Assembly (NCBI RefSeq): GCF_963921235.1
Contig: NC_086108.1
Coordinates: forward strand, 49,540,001-49,604,000
Length of the DNA stretch: 64,000 nucleotides
Reading direction: 5' to 3'
Source: Mobula hypostoma
Lineage: Eukaryota
In this document: one piece after another, positions 1 through 13,027 of the stretch
How the letters are laid out: every line of letters begins with the position of its first letter
Numbering within the stretch: the first letter of the stretch is position 1
The notes under the pieces: model-generated
Database searches by the model: none
Told to the model about the DNA's origin: nothing
What the model saw: only the letters and a program-made list of their open reading frames with translations
Position numbers and translations under genes: made by a program

Positions 1-2120
1 GAGAGGTGAGGGTAGATATACGACCATTGGAAAATGGTGCTGGCAAGGTAGTTATGGGGACCAGGGAAATGTTGATGAACTGAATAAATATTTTGCATCA
101 GACTTCACTGTGGAAGACATTACCAATATGTCGGAAGTTCAAGATTGGCAGAGTGTGTGGTTGCCATTACTAGAGTGAAGGTTCTTGGGAAACTGAACAG
201 TCTAAAGGTCGATAAGCACCTGTACCAGATGGTATACAGTCCAGGGTTCTGCAAGAGGTGGCTGAAGAGATCGTGGAGGCATTAGTAATGATCTTTAAGA
301 ACCAATTGATTCTGGCATGGTTACAGAGAAATGGAAAATTTCAAATGGCTCTGCACTCTTCAAGGAGGGAGAGAGGCAGAAGAAAGGAAATTATAGTCAT
401 AGTCATACTTTATTGATCTCGGGGGAAAATGGTTTTTGTTACAGTTGCACCATAAGTAATAAATAGTAATAAAACCATAAATAGTTAAATAGTAATATGT
501 AAATTATGCCAGGAAATACGTCCAGGACCAGCCTGTTGGCTTAGGGTGTCTGACCCTCCAAGGGAGGAGTTGTAAAGTTTGATGGCCACAGGCAGGAATG
601 ACTTCCTATGACGCTCTGTGTTGCATCTCGGTGGACAGTTAGTCTAACTTCAGTGGTTGAGAAGATGTTGGAATTGACTGTTAAGGATATGGTTTTGGTG
701 TACTTGGAGGCACATGATAAAATAGGCTGTAGTCAGCATGGTTTCCTTAAGAGAAAATCTTGCCTAACCAATCTACTGGAATTCTTTGAAGAAATAACAA
801 GCAGGGTAGACAAAGAAGAGTAAGTGGATGTTGTTTATTTGGGTTTTCAGAAAGCCTTTGACAAGAAGCCTCACGAGTCGCTTAACAAGTTAAGAGCCAA
901 TATTATTACAGAAAAGATGGTAGCATGGATAGAGATTTGGCTGTTAAGCACAAGGCAAAGAATGGGAATAAAGGGAGCCTCTTCTGGTTGGCTGCCCATG
1001 ACTAGTGGTGTTCTTCATGGGTCTGTGTTGGGAACACTTCTTTTTATTATATTTGTCAGTGATTTGGATGATGGAATTTGTGGTCAAGTTTGCGGATAAT
1101 ACGAAGATAGATGGAGGTACAGGTAGTTTAAAGGAAGTAGAGAGGCTACAGAAGGACTGGCAGATTAGGATAATGGACAAAGAAGTGGCAGATGGAATAC
1201 AGTTTTGGGAAGTGCATGGTCATGCACTTCGGTAGAAGAAATAAATGCATTGACTGTTCTCTAAATGGACTTGGAAGTGCTCATACAGAATTCTCTAAAG
1301 GTTCATTTGCAGATTGAGTTGGTGATCAGGAAGGCAAATGCGATGATAGTATTTATTTCAAGAGGACTAGAATATAAATGCAAGGATGTAATACTGAGGC
1401 TTTATAAAGCACTGGTGAGGCCTCACTTGGAGTATTGTGAGCAGTTTTGGGCCCCTTATCTAAGAAAGGATGTGTTGACATTGGAGAGGGTTTCAAGGAG
1501 GTTCACAAAAATAATTCTGGGATTGAAAGGCTTGTCATAAAAGGATCATTTGATGGCTCTGGGCCTGTATTCGCTGGAATTCAGAAGAATGAAGGATGAC
1601 CTCATTGAAACCTATTGGTACATGGGGCTTAGCAAAATAGAGGGCTATGCACTAGGGAAATTCTGGGCAGTTTCTAGAGTAGGTTACATGGTCAGCACAG
1701 CATTGTGGGCCGAAGGGCCTGTAATGTGCTGTAGATTTCTATGTTCTATGTTCTATGAATGTTGAAAGCCTTTGATAGAGTGGATGTGGAGTGGATGTTT
1801 CCTGTGGTGGGAGAGTCTAGGACCAGAGGACACAGCCTCAGAATACAAGGGTGTCCTTTTAGAATGGAGAAGAGGAGGAATTTTGTTAGCCAGAGAGTGG
1901 GAATCTGTGGAATTCATTGCTACAGGCTGCTGTGGAGGCCAACTAATTGGGTATACTTAAGGCAGAGGTTGATAGATTCTTGATTAGTCAGGGCATGAAG
2001 GAATATAAGGAGAAGCCAGGAGATTGGGGCTAAGAGGAGAAATGGATCAGCCATGATGAAATGGTGGAGCAGACTCTATGGGCCAACTGTCCTAATTCTA
2101 CTCCTATACCTTATGGTCTA
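1..2120 (+). mobile_element. Degenerate CR1 (HER1-like) LINE, RT region to 3' tail, interrupted by a Rex1-type end and a second CR1 tail (about 1619-1757)
   Basis: ORF fragments SQHGFLKRKSCLTNLLEFFE, DVVYL.FQKAFDK, KFADNTKI, LYKALVRPHLEYC; typical 3' tail. Confidence 0.9.
397..634 (-). mobile_element. 3' end of a Rex1/Babar-like LINE inserted into the CR1
   Basis: Minus strand reads PPRCNTERHRKSFLPVAIKLYNSS, then aataaa and a (tatgac)n tail; CR1 sequence resumes on both sides. Confidence 0.65.
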
Positions 2121-3265
2121 ATATCTATAATTGCAGGTAATTGTGGAATAGGTTGTTGCATCCAAATATAGAATAAATATAATGAAGTGATGAAGTTCCT
2201 TACATGACAAATACAAACTACTTTACTTGGGTCATAGAGCTAGTGATCAGATGTTTGTGCACAGGATTTCAGCATGAGGGAGGACTGTGTCAGGTTTTAA
2301 ATGATCCATGTGATAGAGATGCAATGACATCAGTTGTCAGGATTCAAGAAACAAGTTGGTACCTGTTAACTTTCTACTAATTCCACCTACATTCTTTTTA
2401 AAGCTTGCAGACGTAACCACTGCCAGATCAGCAGCAATGACTTGAGCAGATTAAAATGAACAAAAACCACAAATTCACTTGCAATTGCTTTGACTCCTTA
2501 TCCACTTTTTACTTTGCCTTGAGATTCAGCAACTCATGCAGAGGTCTAAACAATAAAGATCGCAGACAATGCCCATAGAAGACGAAGGTTCTGAAGTAGA
2601 TCTTAAATAATCTGAAATCGTTTGGTCAAGGTGTATCCAGCACTGCATTGAAGTTAGCAACTGGGTGGAGCCAAGTGGGAAGGTTGCTGAGATACCAGTG
2701 ATGCATTATAGGAATCACAGATGCAGGACAGACAGATACTTGACACTTAAGTTTAATGGCTTGTTTTTTCAATGCAGTGTTATGCACAACTATAATGAAA
2801 ACATCAGCCCTGAAGTGAGGTGTTCACTTTTTCAAATGGCATAGAGCCAACACACCCACCTCCACACTTGTTAACTCTCTGAATCTGTGCTTGGTTAACG
2901 ATTAATTCCATTATTTGGTTAAGATCAATCACCTGCCCGAAAGTCTGTTTCTTCTCACTGAGCAGCCATCTTTGAGCATGCACAAACCAGCAACATCCCC
3001 TCTAACCTTGCACCTGCTTGCAGTGTTCGGTGTTACCTGCCTTCATTCAGTGACAAAGTTTGTTGTGGCTTTGCTTGAATGTTGATTCTATCTGTTATAC
3101 TTGCATTGTTGAAGTTGAACCATAGAACCCGGGGCGGAATTGGAGTTACTCAGGTTGAACGACTAAGTTAATCAACTCTTCAGTAGGTCAGATAGCACCT
3201 ATGAAGGGAATGGACAGTCAACATTTTGAGTGAAAATCCTTCACCTGGACTGGAAGGGTCCAGAT

Positions 3266-4376
3266 CAGAGGTTCCCAACTTGGGGTTCATGGACCCCTTG
3301 TCATGGTCCGGTCCATGAAGTCTGCATTCCGGTTCACGGTCCAGTCCATCGACCTTTGTTCCGAGTTTTCCTGTTTTCTCCCTTGTTCTGTTGGGTGCTT
3401 TAATTGAGGCACCTGATTCACATTTCGGTCTGGCACATAAATACCTCTGCAAACCAGGGACTGTTCCCTTCCCTTCCCCTTCCTTCTGAAGCCTTGCCTG
3501 CGTCCTCACCTGTAACGCTGTCAGGATCAACCGCCAGCGCAAGAATGGGGCCTTGCATTTCAAGATAAGGAACTGTCTGTCGTTGTTTGGAATTGTCTCT
3601 TTGTGTCTTCACCTTCGCTAGGTAGACCTGGCTGTTTGCTGCTAACTTGAGTTGGAAACTGTCTCTCTGTGTCCTCGACTCTGCTGGGTAGGTCCGGCTG
3701 TTTGCTGCTACCCTGAGTGGAGAACTGTCTCTTTGTGTTCTGTGTATAGAAAGAGCCCCGGCCCTTGGTCCTGTTCCTAAGGAGGGGGTCCTGGCTCTGT
3801 GTGTTGTGTACGAGTCCCGGCCCTACATCCTGCTCCCAAGGAGGGGTCCCGGCTCTGTGTTCCATGTTCCTGAGTTCCAAGTCCAAGGCTCTGAGGTTCC
3901 CGTCTCCCAAGACCAAGACGAGGCTCGTGGTCTCGTCCTGTCCATGTGCCTCACCCAGCCCTGTGCTGGAATTCCCTCGTCATGCCCAGGAGTCTCACGT
4001 CCAGTCCTGTAGCCATGTCTTGTCCTAGCCTAAACCCGGATTCTGGTTCTGAGTCAAGACCCAGGTTCTGGGTCCTTGTCCAGGCTCTAGTTCCGGAGTC
4101 CCGTGTCTCTAGTCCAGGCTCCTTGTTCCTCGTTCCTTGTCTGGGTTCTGTGTTTCTTGTCCATGTCCTAGCCCAGGCCCTGCATCCTAGTCTCGTCCAG
4201 GGCCTGTGTCAATGTCCAGCGTCCTTTCTTCCACATTTCCTTGGCTTTCTTCCGAGACCTGTTCCTAGTACTTCAGTGTCTGTGTCTTGCATTTGGGTCT
4301 GGTCCCAACGCCCTCTATATGACACCCCTTGGTTAAAGGTAAGGCTGCATGGCATAAAAAAGGTTGGGAACCCCTG
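3266..4376 (+). mobile_element. About 85-bp hAT (Charlie-like) MITE split by a solo LTR
   Basis: TIR cagaggttcccaac...gttgggaacccctg; 8-bp TSD gtccagat/gtctagat; uninterrupted copy at 56075-56153. Confidence 0.8.
3299..4324 (+). mobile_element. Solo LTR (probably Gypsy-type), 1026 bp
   Basis: TGTCAT...ATGACA termini, 5-bp TSD CCCCT (3294-3298, 4325-4329), TATA-like ataaata near 3437, internal repeats of about 66 bp. Confidence 0.85.
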
Positions 4377-5249
4377 GTCTAGATGCAGGGCCTTGACACT
4401 AAATGTGACTGTCTATTTCCCTTCACAGATACTGCCTGACTCATTGAGTTCCTCCAGCAATTTGTCTTTGCTCCAGATTCCAGCACCTGCAGTTTCATAT
4501 TCTTTCCTCCTCTGGCTGTCTCCATTGTGTTTTTTTTTAATCAATATATGTTTCATTTCCTACAATAGAGAGTGAAATGGATGACTTCCTTTCTCCAGGG
4601 TCACTTACAAAACAAAAATGTTTCCATCTTCCACATATTGAATCCATAATTCAATTGTACCACTTAAAGAAACTGAAGTACCAACTGCGGCCATCTTGAT
4701 TTGACTTCCCACGATGATTGATGTAGGCACTAAAGGCTAAGTGAATGCAGTTCAGATCTGTTTCATTGAACCATACTGCTTCACAGGTTGAAGGAAGGAC
4801 TTCCAAAATCTTATGAAAGCTTACTTCTGAAAGCATCCAGTCCATTCTTCAATCATTCTCAAGAACTATTACTACAAGGACAACATTTGAAGTATTCAAC
4901 ACTGAACAGCATAATTCAGCAATTCAAACTATGTTTTCCTTTGATAAATAAAATCAGTTTTTATTTGTGCATTCATCCAAAAGAGAACGCTGATAACAAT
5001 AAGATCACAACACGATGTAAAGTCAGCTTTAGTTACCACAATATGCAAATTCCTCTTATTTTACACATTCACTTTTTGTTAAAATTTTTAAAATTTTTAA
5101 ATGTGCTGTCTATTGTTACTCATAAATTCAAATGCTGCTAACAAGCAGGGGGAATATAAAAACTGAGGAAGAACTCCCACTACCCTGGCATCTTAGAATC
5201 AAAAGTATCATGAGGGAGCTTTAGTGTTCTACAGTCATACTCCTCTACA

Positions 5250-5800
5250 CCCGAGTTTAACCTTGCCAAATGTGACGTGTTGCTCTTTGGGAGATCAAAC
5301 CTAAAGAGGCAGTACACTTATTGGTAAGACCCTTATCAATGTTGCTGTGCAGAGGGATCTTGGGACACAAATCCACCCCTCCTGAAAGTAGCTACGCAGG
5401 TTGATTGAGTGGTAAAGAAGGCACATGACACGCTGGCCCTAATTAATTGAGAAAATGAGTCCAAGAGTAAGGAAGTTATTTTGCGGCTTTATAAAATTTT
5501 GTTAGGCCCCGTCTGGAGTATTGCATCCAGTTCCAGTCACTCTATTATAGGAAAGATATTGAAGCTTTGGAGAAGGATGCATTAGAGCAGGGGCTCCTAA
5601 CCTTTTTGTATGCCATGGACCCCTACCATTAACTGAGGGTCTGTAGACCATAGATGCCTGGTTTCGAGAATATAAGGAGAGTTGGACAAACATGGCTTGT
5701 TTTCTCTGGAGCAGTGGAGGCTGAGGAGAAGTCTGATAGAAATTTATATGATTATGAGAGGGTTAGAGTAGCTGGCCAGGATCTTTTTCCCTTGATTTCC
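5250..5800 (+). mobile_element. Decayed CR1 3' fragment containing a partial hAT MITE (about 5588-5650)
   Basis: Similar to the other CR1 copies (ttataaaattttgttaggccccgtctggagtattgc); MITE end caggggctcctaacc. Confidence 0.7.
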
Positions 5801-6010
5801 CTTGACTTCCCATCTGTATCAAAAATGGACCAATAAAAAGTGTTGTATCTACAGGTTCAAACAAACTCACATCCATTCACCCGCTGCAAGTAAATACAAA
5901 AAAAAATCCTTAACAGACAATATGGATCAGTTTCATCAAATACAGTCTTACACCGAAACTAAACAACTGAAAATGCTGGAATCACTCAACAAGTTAGGCA
6001 TTATCTGTAA

Positions 6011-6050
6011 AGAGAGAAAGAGAGAAAGAGAGAGAGAGAGTGAGAGAGAG
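6011..6050. repeat. (GA)n-rich microsatellite inside a minus-strand PLE tail
   Basis: agagagaaagagagaaagagagagagagagtgagagagag. Confidence 0.8.
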
Positions 6051-6247
6051 GTAGGTAATGTTTCAGGTCACAGCCCTTCATCGGAATTGGGAAGTAGAGA
6101 AGGAAAAGGTGGTTTTGTACTGCAGTAAGGGAGTGGGAGGGTAAACAAGACAACAGGGACAGAAGGAGTTCCCAGAGAGAAGCAGATTTTCTTCAAGTTT
6201 GGCATTCATAGAATGTAGACTAGTACAGTAGATGCCCTTCAGCTAAT

Positions 6248-8804
6248 TAGTCCGTGAGCCAGTTGGGTTGGTCGGTACCATCTGAGGGGAATAATGCTCA
6301 TAGTGATTTTTGGCAAGGTATACATCTCTAGAGTTAGAAAATACACCATTGCACCAGTGGTAGCTTTATTACTCCAAATAAGTAATCGCTTTTTGTATAT
6401 ATTCCATATTAACATCAGTACAGCAGAAAATATTACCCCACCCCCCAAAAGGTAAAAAACCTCATTTGGAACGATTTCTGGAGTTTTATCAATGTCGTGA
6501 TATTTTCCATATTGTTGTATCAAATCAAAACAATCTTAAGCTTTTGTCATAGCATATAGAATTACAGTACAATAATTCAAATCTGGGGTTCCACACAGCC
6601 ATAACCTAGGCCCTATTTGGTTGTAAAATGAAGGTATTTAATCAAAGACTGCTTTCCATATTTTGTTTTCCATACTTTCATAACTTATTAATAATCATAA
6701 TAATTTTCCAAGTCTTCCACATCTTCATCTGAACTTTCCACACTCTCTGAGGTGGATGCCTGGTTCTCACAGTCTGCCAGTCTACATATGTCAATACACC
6801 TGAGGCCATTTGCAACACATGTACATCTTGGGAATGAACATTTTTTTTGGACAGTTACAGGCCAGTAGATCCAGGAGGGCATCGGGTGCTGACTGGCCTT
6901 CCATCCAGTGCACCACCAACTGTTCAGCTTCCTCTTCTCTCTCCATCTTCCATCCTCTGCCAACAGGGCTTGGCACTTGTGGGTCCTTCTCCAAACATCT
7001 TCTCCATATACCAGCCTGGTAGTTGGCTCGCTGTGCATGTTTTGTTAAGCAGTCCTTGCATGGTGGGAGTTGATGACTTTTGGGGCATACAGGAAACAAA
7101 GGATATCCTCCATATGTAGACTGCGCCCTTATGCCATCACTATGATGCGTACAAACAAAGACCTGTCTGCTTTCAAGATGATCGCCCTCTCATTTGATTT
7201 CACTTCTCTCTTCTTACACATATCACTGAATGTTTTCAGCTTGTTGGTTTTCATTGGGTCATGGAATTTCTTTGCTGGTGTGTCTTCCTCTAGTCTCTCA
7301 TCCTTGAAGGTTGCATAGCATTGCTCACCAATGTCATATGCCTTCATCAGGTCGGAGGTAATGTCCTTGGGGGCTGTGTTTGCCGTAGAGATGCTAATGA
7401 GCTCCCACTTCTCTGCAAATGGGTGGACCCATTCATGTATGAAACTGCTTCCTCATCTTTCTGGATTCTTGGTCACTGTAGCTCTGCATGACAAAGTTCT
7501 GATTTGTTGCCTTGCACCATCTCCCTTAACTGTCCCAGGAATGCACTGTGGTGCTCAGCTGTTATGTAGTAACGCTTGATAGCTCCAGCATTCAGGCTGA
7601 ACTGTGATGTGCCTCCAGGAGTCTGTGTGTCTTTGTTCACTGTGGCTTCAATAGCCTGGTCCACAGGGATCTGCTCAAGGGGGTTGTTACTTGACAGCTG
7701 CGCTGAGAATTGGCCTGTCTTGAAGGCCTCATACACAGAAGGATTCTTCTCTGGGAGGTTCATCATCTGAGCAAAGTAAGGGGACAGGTACCTGACATAA
7801 TTCATCTTATAATAGGCAAAGCACCATGGGATCATGGTTCTTATAGCATGGAGGTACAACTCCCGGCCCCCTCACGAGAGGCGCGCAGAAGCCCGAGTAT
7901 TATGTTCTTTACGTTCTCTGTCATGTCAATGTATGATATCCAGAATGCGAATCGCTCTCCATTGTTGTGACGGAGGTGTTCCAGAAAGTCTGTCCACAGG
8001 GTTATCAGCTCAGCTAAGAGTGGACTTTGCAGCAGATTGTTCAACTTCTGTTGGTTCAAGTCATTGGCCATGTCGTTCACATGGTCTAAGAATGATTTGA
8101 TCATCTCATTCCTCTCTGGAACGTTGTCCTCAACCCATGGAGTGAACTCTGCCCATGCGAGTCTCATCAGTGCTTCATAGATGTACTTGTGGACCCTGAC
8201 AGCACGACTGTAGTGTTTACCATCAAGGACTCCATTGATGGACCCCTCTGTGACAATTCCAGCCTCTATGCATACATCCTTTAGACCAGCATCCCGAAAT
8301 CACTTTCCTAGGATGGCTAAGGCATTACATATGGTATGGAGTGTCCCCATCCTGAGAAGAATGTTGGAGAAGCGCTCTTTATGCTTCCAGGCAATTTCAG
8401 CGGCTTTTGCATAGAGTGCTTGATCCATGACTGCCACAATTGTTTCTAGATGAAGTTCCTTCCTGATTAGCTCTGATTGGTTCAGGATTTCAGATACTGT
8501 GGTCAACTCTGTGGCTGGTGAATTGATGGTTGTCAGATACCCAACAATATCTTGGAGATTGGTTCTTGGTTTGTGGTGCTGATATTAAAACCGGTCCAGC
8601 TTGGGATTGTCTAATTCTCTGGATCTGTTTGCCTTGCAAGTGTCCACACCAGGTTCTTCTTGCAGGCAAGAAAGCTACCACCGCTGCAATGCTATCACAA
8701 TTTTTCTAGCACTAGGGGTGTATACCTTGCCAAAAATCACATTCAGAATTATTCCCCCCAGATGGTACCGGTGGCCCAAATTTGGGGTCCTGGCTCATGG
8801 ACTA
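6248..8804 (-). mobile_element. Academ (AcademX-like) DNA transposon, internally deleted and non-autonomous, 2557 bp
   Basis: Imperfect TIRs of about 100 bp, TAGTCC...GGACTA; 3-bp TSD AAT (6245-6247, 8805-8807); broken minus-strand transposase with PSWTGFN, MDQALYAKA, RMGTLH, GKHYSRA, VDQAIEATVNK and a C-terminal LPPC...HAQRANYQA.IW...Cys cluster. Confidence 0.82.
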
Positions 8805-8889
8805 AATGATGTTTGGTCAACCCTTTAATCTACTCCAAGATCACCCTTCCCTCCCATATAGCCCTCCCTTTTTCTTTCATCCATGTGTC

Positions 8890-9225
8890 TATTCTTGGAA
8901 AAAGATGTTTCTCATGGTCTAGGACAAGAGGGCACAGTCTCAAAGGGCGCCCTTTCAAAACAGAGATGTGGAGAAATTTCTTTAGCCAAAAGGTGGTAAA
9001 CTTGTGGAATTTGCTGCCACATGCAGCTGTGGAGGCCAGGTCGTTGGGTGTATTTAAGGCAGAGATTGATAGGTTCTTGATTGGACATGGCATCATAGGT
9101 TATGGGGAGAAGGCCGGGAACTGGGGTTGAGGAGGAGAAAAAAAATGGATCAGCAATGATTGAATGGTGGAGCAGACTCAGTTGGGCCAGATGGCCTAAT
9201 TCTGCTCAATACCTCATGGTCTAAG
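8890..9225 (+). mobile_element. CR1 3' end
   Basis: SRTRGHSLK...FFSQKVVNLWN...FKAEIDRFL in ORF 8813..9130, followed by the tail. Confidence 0.88.
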
Positions 9226-9399
9226 TCTCATTTGCCTTGTACATCCTCAGTGAATTCTTATTCATGTCTCCCCCACACTTTCAGCACTTTAAGCTACCTC
9301 AGTTTAAATTAGTTCACTTGAAGGGTCCTTGGCTCTGTTTCTCTTTCCGCAGATGCTGCCCGGCCTGCTGAGTAATTCCAGCATGTTCCAATTTTATTT

Positions 9400-11345
9400 A
9401 TAGTATCACAGCTGTAGCAAAGGAAGATAGCATGGATGGGTAATTTACTGAGTTAATGTGGGTTGAAGTCAGAAACAGGAAGGGAACAATTACTCTGTTG
9501 GGAGTATCTAAAGCCCACCCCCCACCCCAAATTTTGGAAAAGGCGTTAATATAACAGGGTTGTTGTCATGAGTGACTTCAACTTCCCTAATATTGGTTGG
9601 CACCTCTCTTAGTATGAGAAGTTTAAGTGGGGTAGCATTTGTGAGGTGTGTCCAGGAAGGATTCCTGACACAATATACGGACAGGCCGACCACAGGAGAA
9701 GCCATGCTGGATCTGGTACCAGGCAATGAACAAGGTCAGGTACAGATCTCTCAGTGGGCAATCAGTGCTAAGACAGCGACCACAAATCCCTGACCTTCAG
9801 CATAGCCTTGGACAAGGATAGAAATAGACAGCATGAAAAATATTTCTTGGGGGCGCTAATTTGGATGCTCTTAAGCAGGAACTTGGGAGCATGATTAGGA
9901 ACAGATGTTCTCAGAGAAATACATAACATAAGTATAGAGATTGATTAGGAAACACTTGGTTGGGGTTCTGGATAGGTTTGTCCCATTGAGGCAGGGAAAG
10001 GATGGCAGGGTGAAGGAACCATGGTTGACAAGAGAAATGAAACACTTAGGTTTAACTTAAGGTTCAGGAAGCAAAGACCAGACAGGGCACTTGAAAGTTA
10101 TAAGGTATCCAGGAGGGGCTTAAGAAGGTCTGTAATGAATACTTTGCTTCAACATTCACCAGTGAGAGGGACCTTGACGAATATGAGGTCAGCGTAGATA
10201 TGCTGGAACATGTTGAGATTAAGAAACAGGATGTTCTGGAACATTGAAAAAATGCTAGGATAGATAAATCCTCAGGGACAGATGAGATATACTCCAAGTT
10301 ATTACGAGAAGCGAAGAAAGAGATTGCTGCACCTTTGGCTCAGGAATGGTACCAGGAAACTGAAGGGTGGCAAAGGTTATTCCTTTGTTCAAAAAGGTAA
10401 TAGGGATAATTCTGGGAATTATAGACCAATGAGTCTTACTGGGGTGCATTCTTAGAGACAGGATTTATAAACATTTGGAGAAGCATGGAATTTCTTGCCC
10501 ACAGAAAGCAGAGGAAGGTTGTAGATGGAGTGTATTCTGCCTGGAGGTTGGTGACCAGTGATGTTCTGCAGGCATCCTCTTTGGAACTCCCGCTCTTAGT
10601 GATTCTTGTAAGTTAGTAGGATGAGAGAGGGGAAGGATGGGTTAGTAAGTTTGTAGACGACATGAAGGTTGGTGGAGTTGTACATAGTATGGAGGACTTT
10701 TGTAGGTTGGAGTGGGACATTGACAGGATGCAGAGCTAGTCTGAAAAGTGGCAAATCCCAAAAACTGATACACTTTGGAAGATTGTTTTGAAGGCAGAAT
10801 ACAGGGTTATGGCAGGATTCATAACAGTGTGGAGGAACAGAGGGCTTTGAGGGTCCATATTCATAAATATCTCAAAATTACCACACAAGTTGATAGTTGT
10901 TCAGAAGGTATATGATGTGCTGGCCTTCATTAATTGGGGAGTTGAGTTCAAGAGCCGTGAGGTAACGTTGCAGCTCTATTAAATCCTGGTTAGATCATAA
11001 TAGTAGTTAGGCCACGTCAGGTAGTATTACATTCAGTTCAGGTTGCCATTATAGGAAGGATCTATGTGCTTTGGAGATCTGGAGGCCTTGGAGAAGGCAC
11101 AGAAGAGGTTCACCAGGATGCTGCCTGGATTGGAGGACATATGCTATGAGGAGAGGTTGAACAATCTTGCATTGTTTTCTCAGGAACTGCAGAGGCTTGT
11201 TAGGAGTTCATAAAATAATGAGAGGTATAGATAGATAGATGACATCTTTTTCACAGCATCAAAATATCTAATACTGGAGGGCATGCATTTGTTAGAGGGA
11301 GAAAATCTGAAGGAGATGCATGGGGCAAGGTTTCTTCCTAATTTT
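9400..11345 (+). mobile_element. Decayed CR1 LINE, endonuclease to RT fragments
   Basis: gacttcaacttccctaatatt (DFNFPNI), LTQYTDRPT.GEAMLDLV, gacgacatgaaggttggtgg, ttcaccaggatgctgcctgga. Confidence 0.85.
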
Positions 11346-11413
11346 TTCAGTACAATCCCTGGGCGTAAACAGGTAATGCAAAAGAATTATGTATCAACCA
11401 GACCACACATGTA

Positions 11414-13027
11414 CAGAGGCATGCAAAAGTTTGAGCACCCCTGGTCAAAATTTCTGTTACTGTGAATAGTTAAGTGAGTAGAAGATGATCTCCAAAAGTC
11501 ATAAAGTTAAAGAGGAAACATTCTTTTCAACATTTTAATCAAGATTAGTGTATTATTTTTGTTTTGTACAATTTTAGAATGAAAAAAAAGGAAGGAGCAC
11601 CATGCAAAAATTTGGGCACTCCAAGAGATTTGAGCTCTCGGGTAACTTTTACCAAGGTCTTAGACCTTAATTAGCTTGTTAGGGTTATGGCTTGTTCACA
11701 ATCGTTAGGAAAGGCCAGGTGATGCAAATTTCAAAGCTTTATAAATACCCCAACTCCTCAAACCTTGTCCCAACAATCAGCAGCCATGGGCTCCTCTAAG
11801 CAGCTGCCTAGCACTCTGAAAATTAAAATAAATGATGCTCACAAAGCAAGAGAAGGCTATAAGAAGATAGCAAAGTGTTTTCAGGTAGCTGTTTCCTCAG
11901 TTCATAATGTAATGAAGAAATGGCAGTTTATGGGAACGGTGGAGGTCAAGTTGAGGTCTGGAAGACCAAGCAAACTTTCCGAGAGAACTGCCTGTAGGAT
12001 TGCTAGAAAGGCAAATCAAAACCCCTGTTTGACTACAAAAGACCTTCAGGAAGATTTAGCAGACTCTGCAGTGGTGGTGCTCTGTTCTACTGGGCAGTGA
12101 CACCTGCACAAATATGACCTTCATGGAAGAGTCATCTGAAGAAAATCTTTCCTGCGTCCTCACCACAAAATTCAGCATCAGAAGTTTGCAAAGGAACATG
12201 TAAACAAGCCTGATGTGTTTTGGAAACAAGTCCTGTGGACTGATGAAGTTAAAATTGAACTTGTTGGCTGCAATGAGCAAAGGTATGTTTGGAGAAAAAA
12301 GGGTGCAAAATTTCATGAAAAGAACACCTCTCCAACTGTTAAGCACTGGGGTGGATCGATCATGCTTTGGGCTTGTGTTGCAGCCAGTGGCATGGGGAAC
12401 ATTTCACTGGTAGAGGGAAGAATGAATTCAATTAAATATCAGCAAATTCTGGAAGCAAACATCACACCGTCTGTAAAAGAGCCGAAGATGAAAAGAGGAT
12501 GGCTTCTATTACAGGATAATGATCCTAAACACACCTCAAAATCCACAATGGACTACCTCAAGAGGTGCAAGCTGAAGGTTTTGCCATGGCCCTCACAGTC
12601 CCCCGACCTAAACATCATCAAAAATCTGTGGATAGACGTCAAAAGAGCAGTGCATGCAAGACGGCCCAAGAATCTCACAGAACTAGAAGCCTTTTGCGAG
12701 GAAGAAAGAGTGAAAATCTCCCAAACAAGAATTGAAAGACTCTTAGCTGGCTACAGAAAGCGTTTACAAGCTGTGATACTTGCCAAAGGGGGTGTTACTG
12801 AGTACTGACCATGCAGGGTGCCCAAACTTTTGCTTCAGGCCCTTTTCCTTTTTTATTATTTTGAAACTGTAAAAGATGGAAATAAAAAAGTAATTTTGCT
12901 TAAAATATTAAAGAAATGTGTCATCTTTAACTTTATGCCTTTTGGAAATCAGGTCATCTTTTACTCGCTTAGCTATTCCCAGTTACAGAAATTTTGACTG
13001 GGGTGCCCAAACTTTTGCATGCCACTA
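11414..13027 (+). mobile_element. Full-length Tc1-family transposon (IR/DR type), inactive
   Basis: TA-flanked; long inverted ends of about 210 bp with outer and inner repeats (gcaaaagtttg(a/g)gcaccc); 1614 bp. Confidence 0.95.
11786..12808 (+). pseudogene. Tc1 DD34E transposase pseudogene, 340 codons, no frameshift
   Basis: MGSSKQL..., GRPSK, WTDEVKI, QDNDPKH, SPDLNIIKNLW; in-frame TGA at 12098 and 12137; catalytic E replaced by K at 12620-12622. Confidence 0.93.

Larger units (their letters stand above)
3185..4495. mobile_element. Fold-back Penelope-like terminal repeat, split by the MITE and LTR insertions
   Basis: 3185-3257 and 4385-4495 are inverted copies of the PLE tail found elsewhere in the window. 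Confidence 0.55.

Noticed and set aside
3946..4575. 209-aa ORF and neighbouring ORFs at 3180-4028
   Set aside because: They lie in the low-complexity, T/C-rich solo LTR and run across insertion boundaries; no protein motif.
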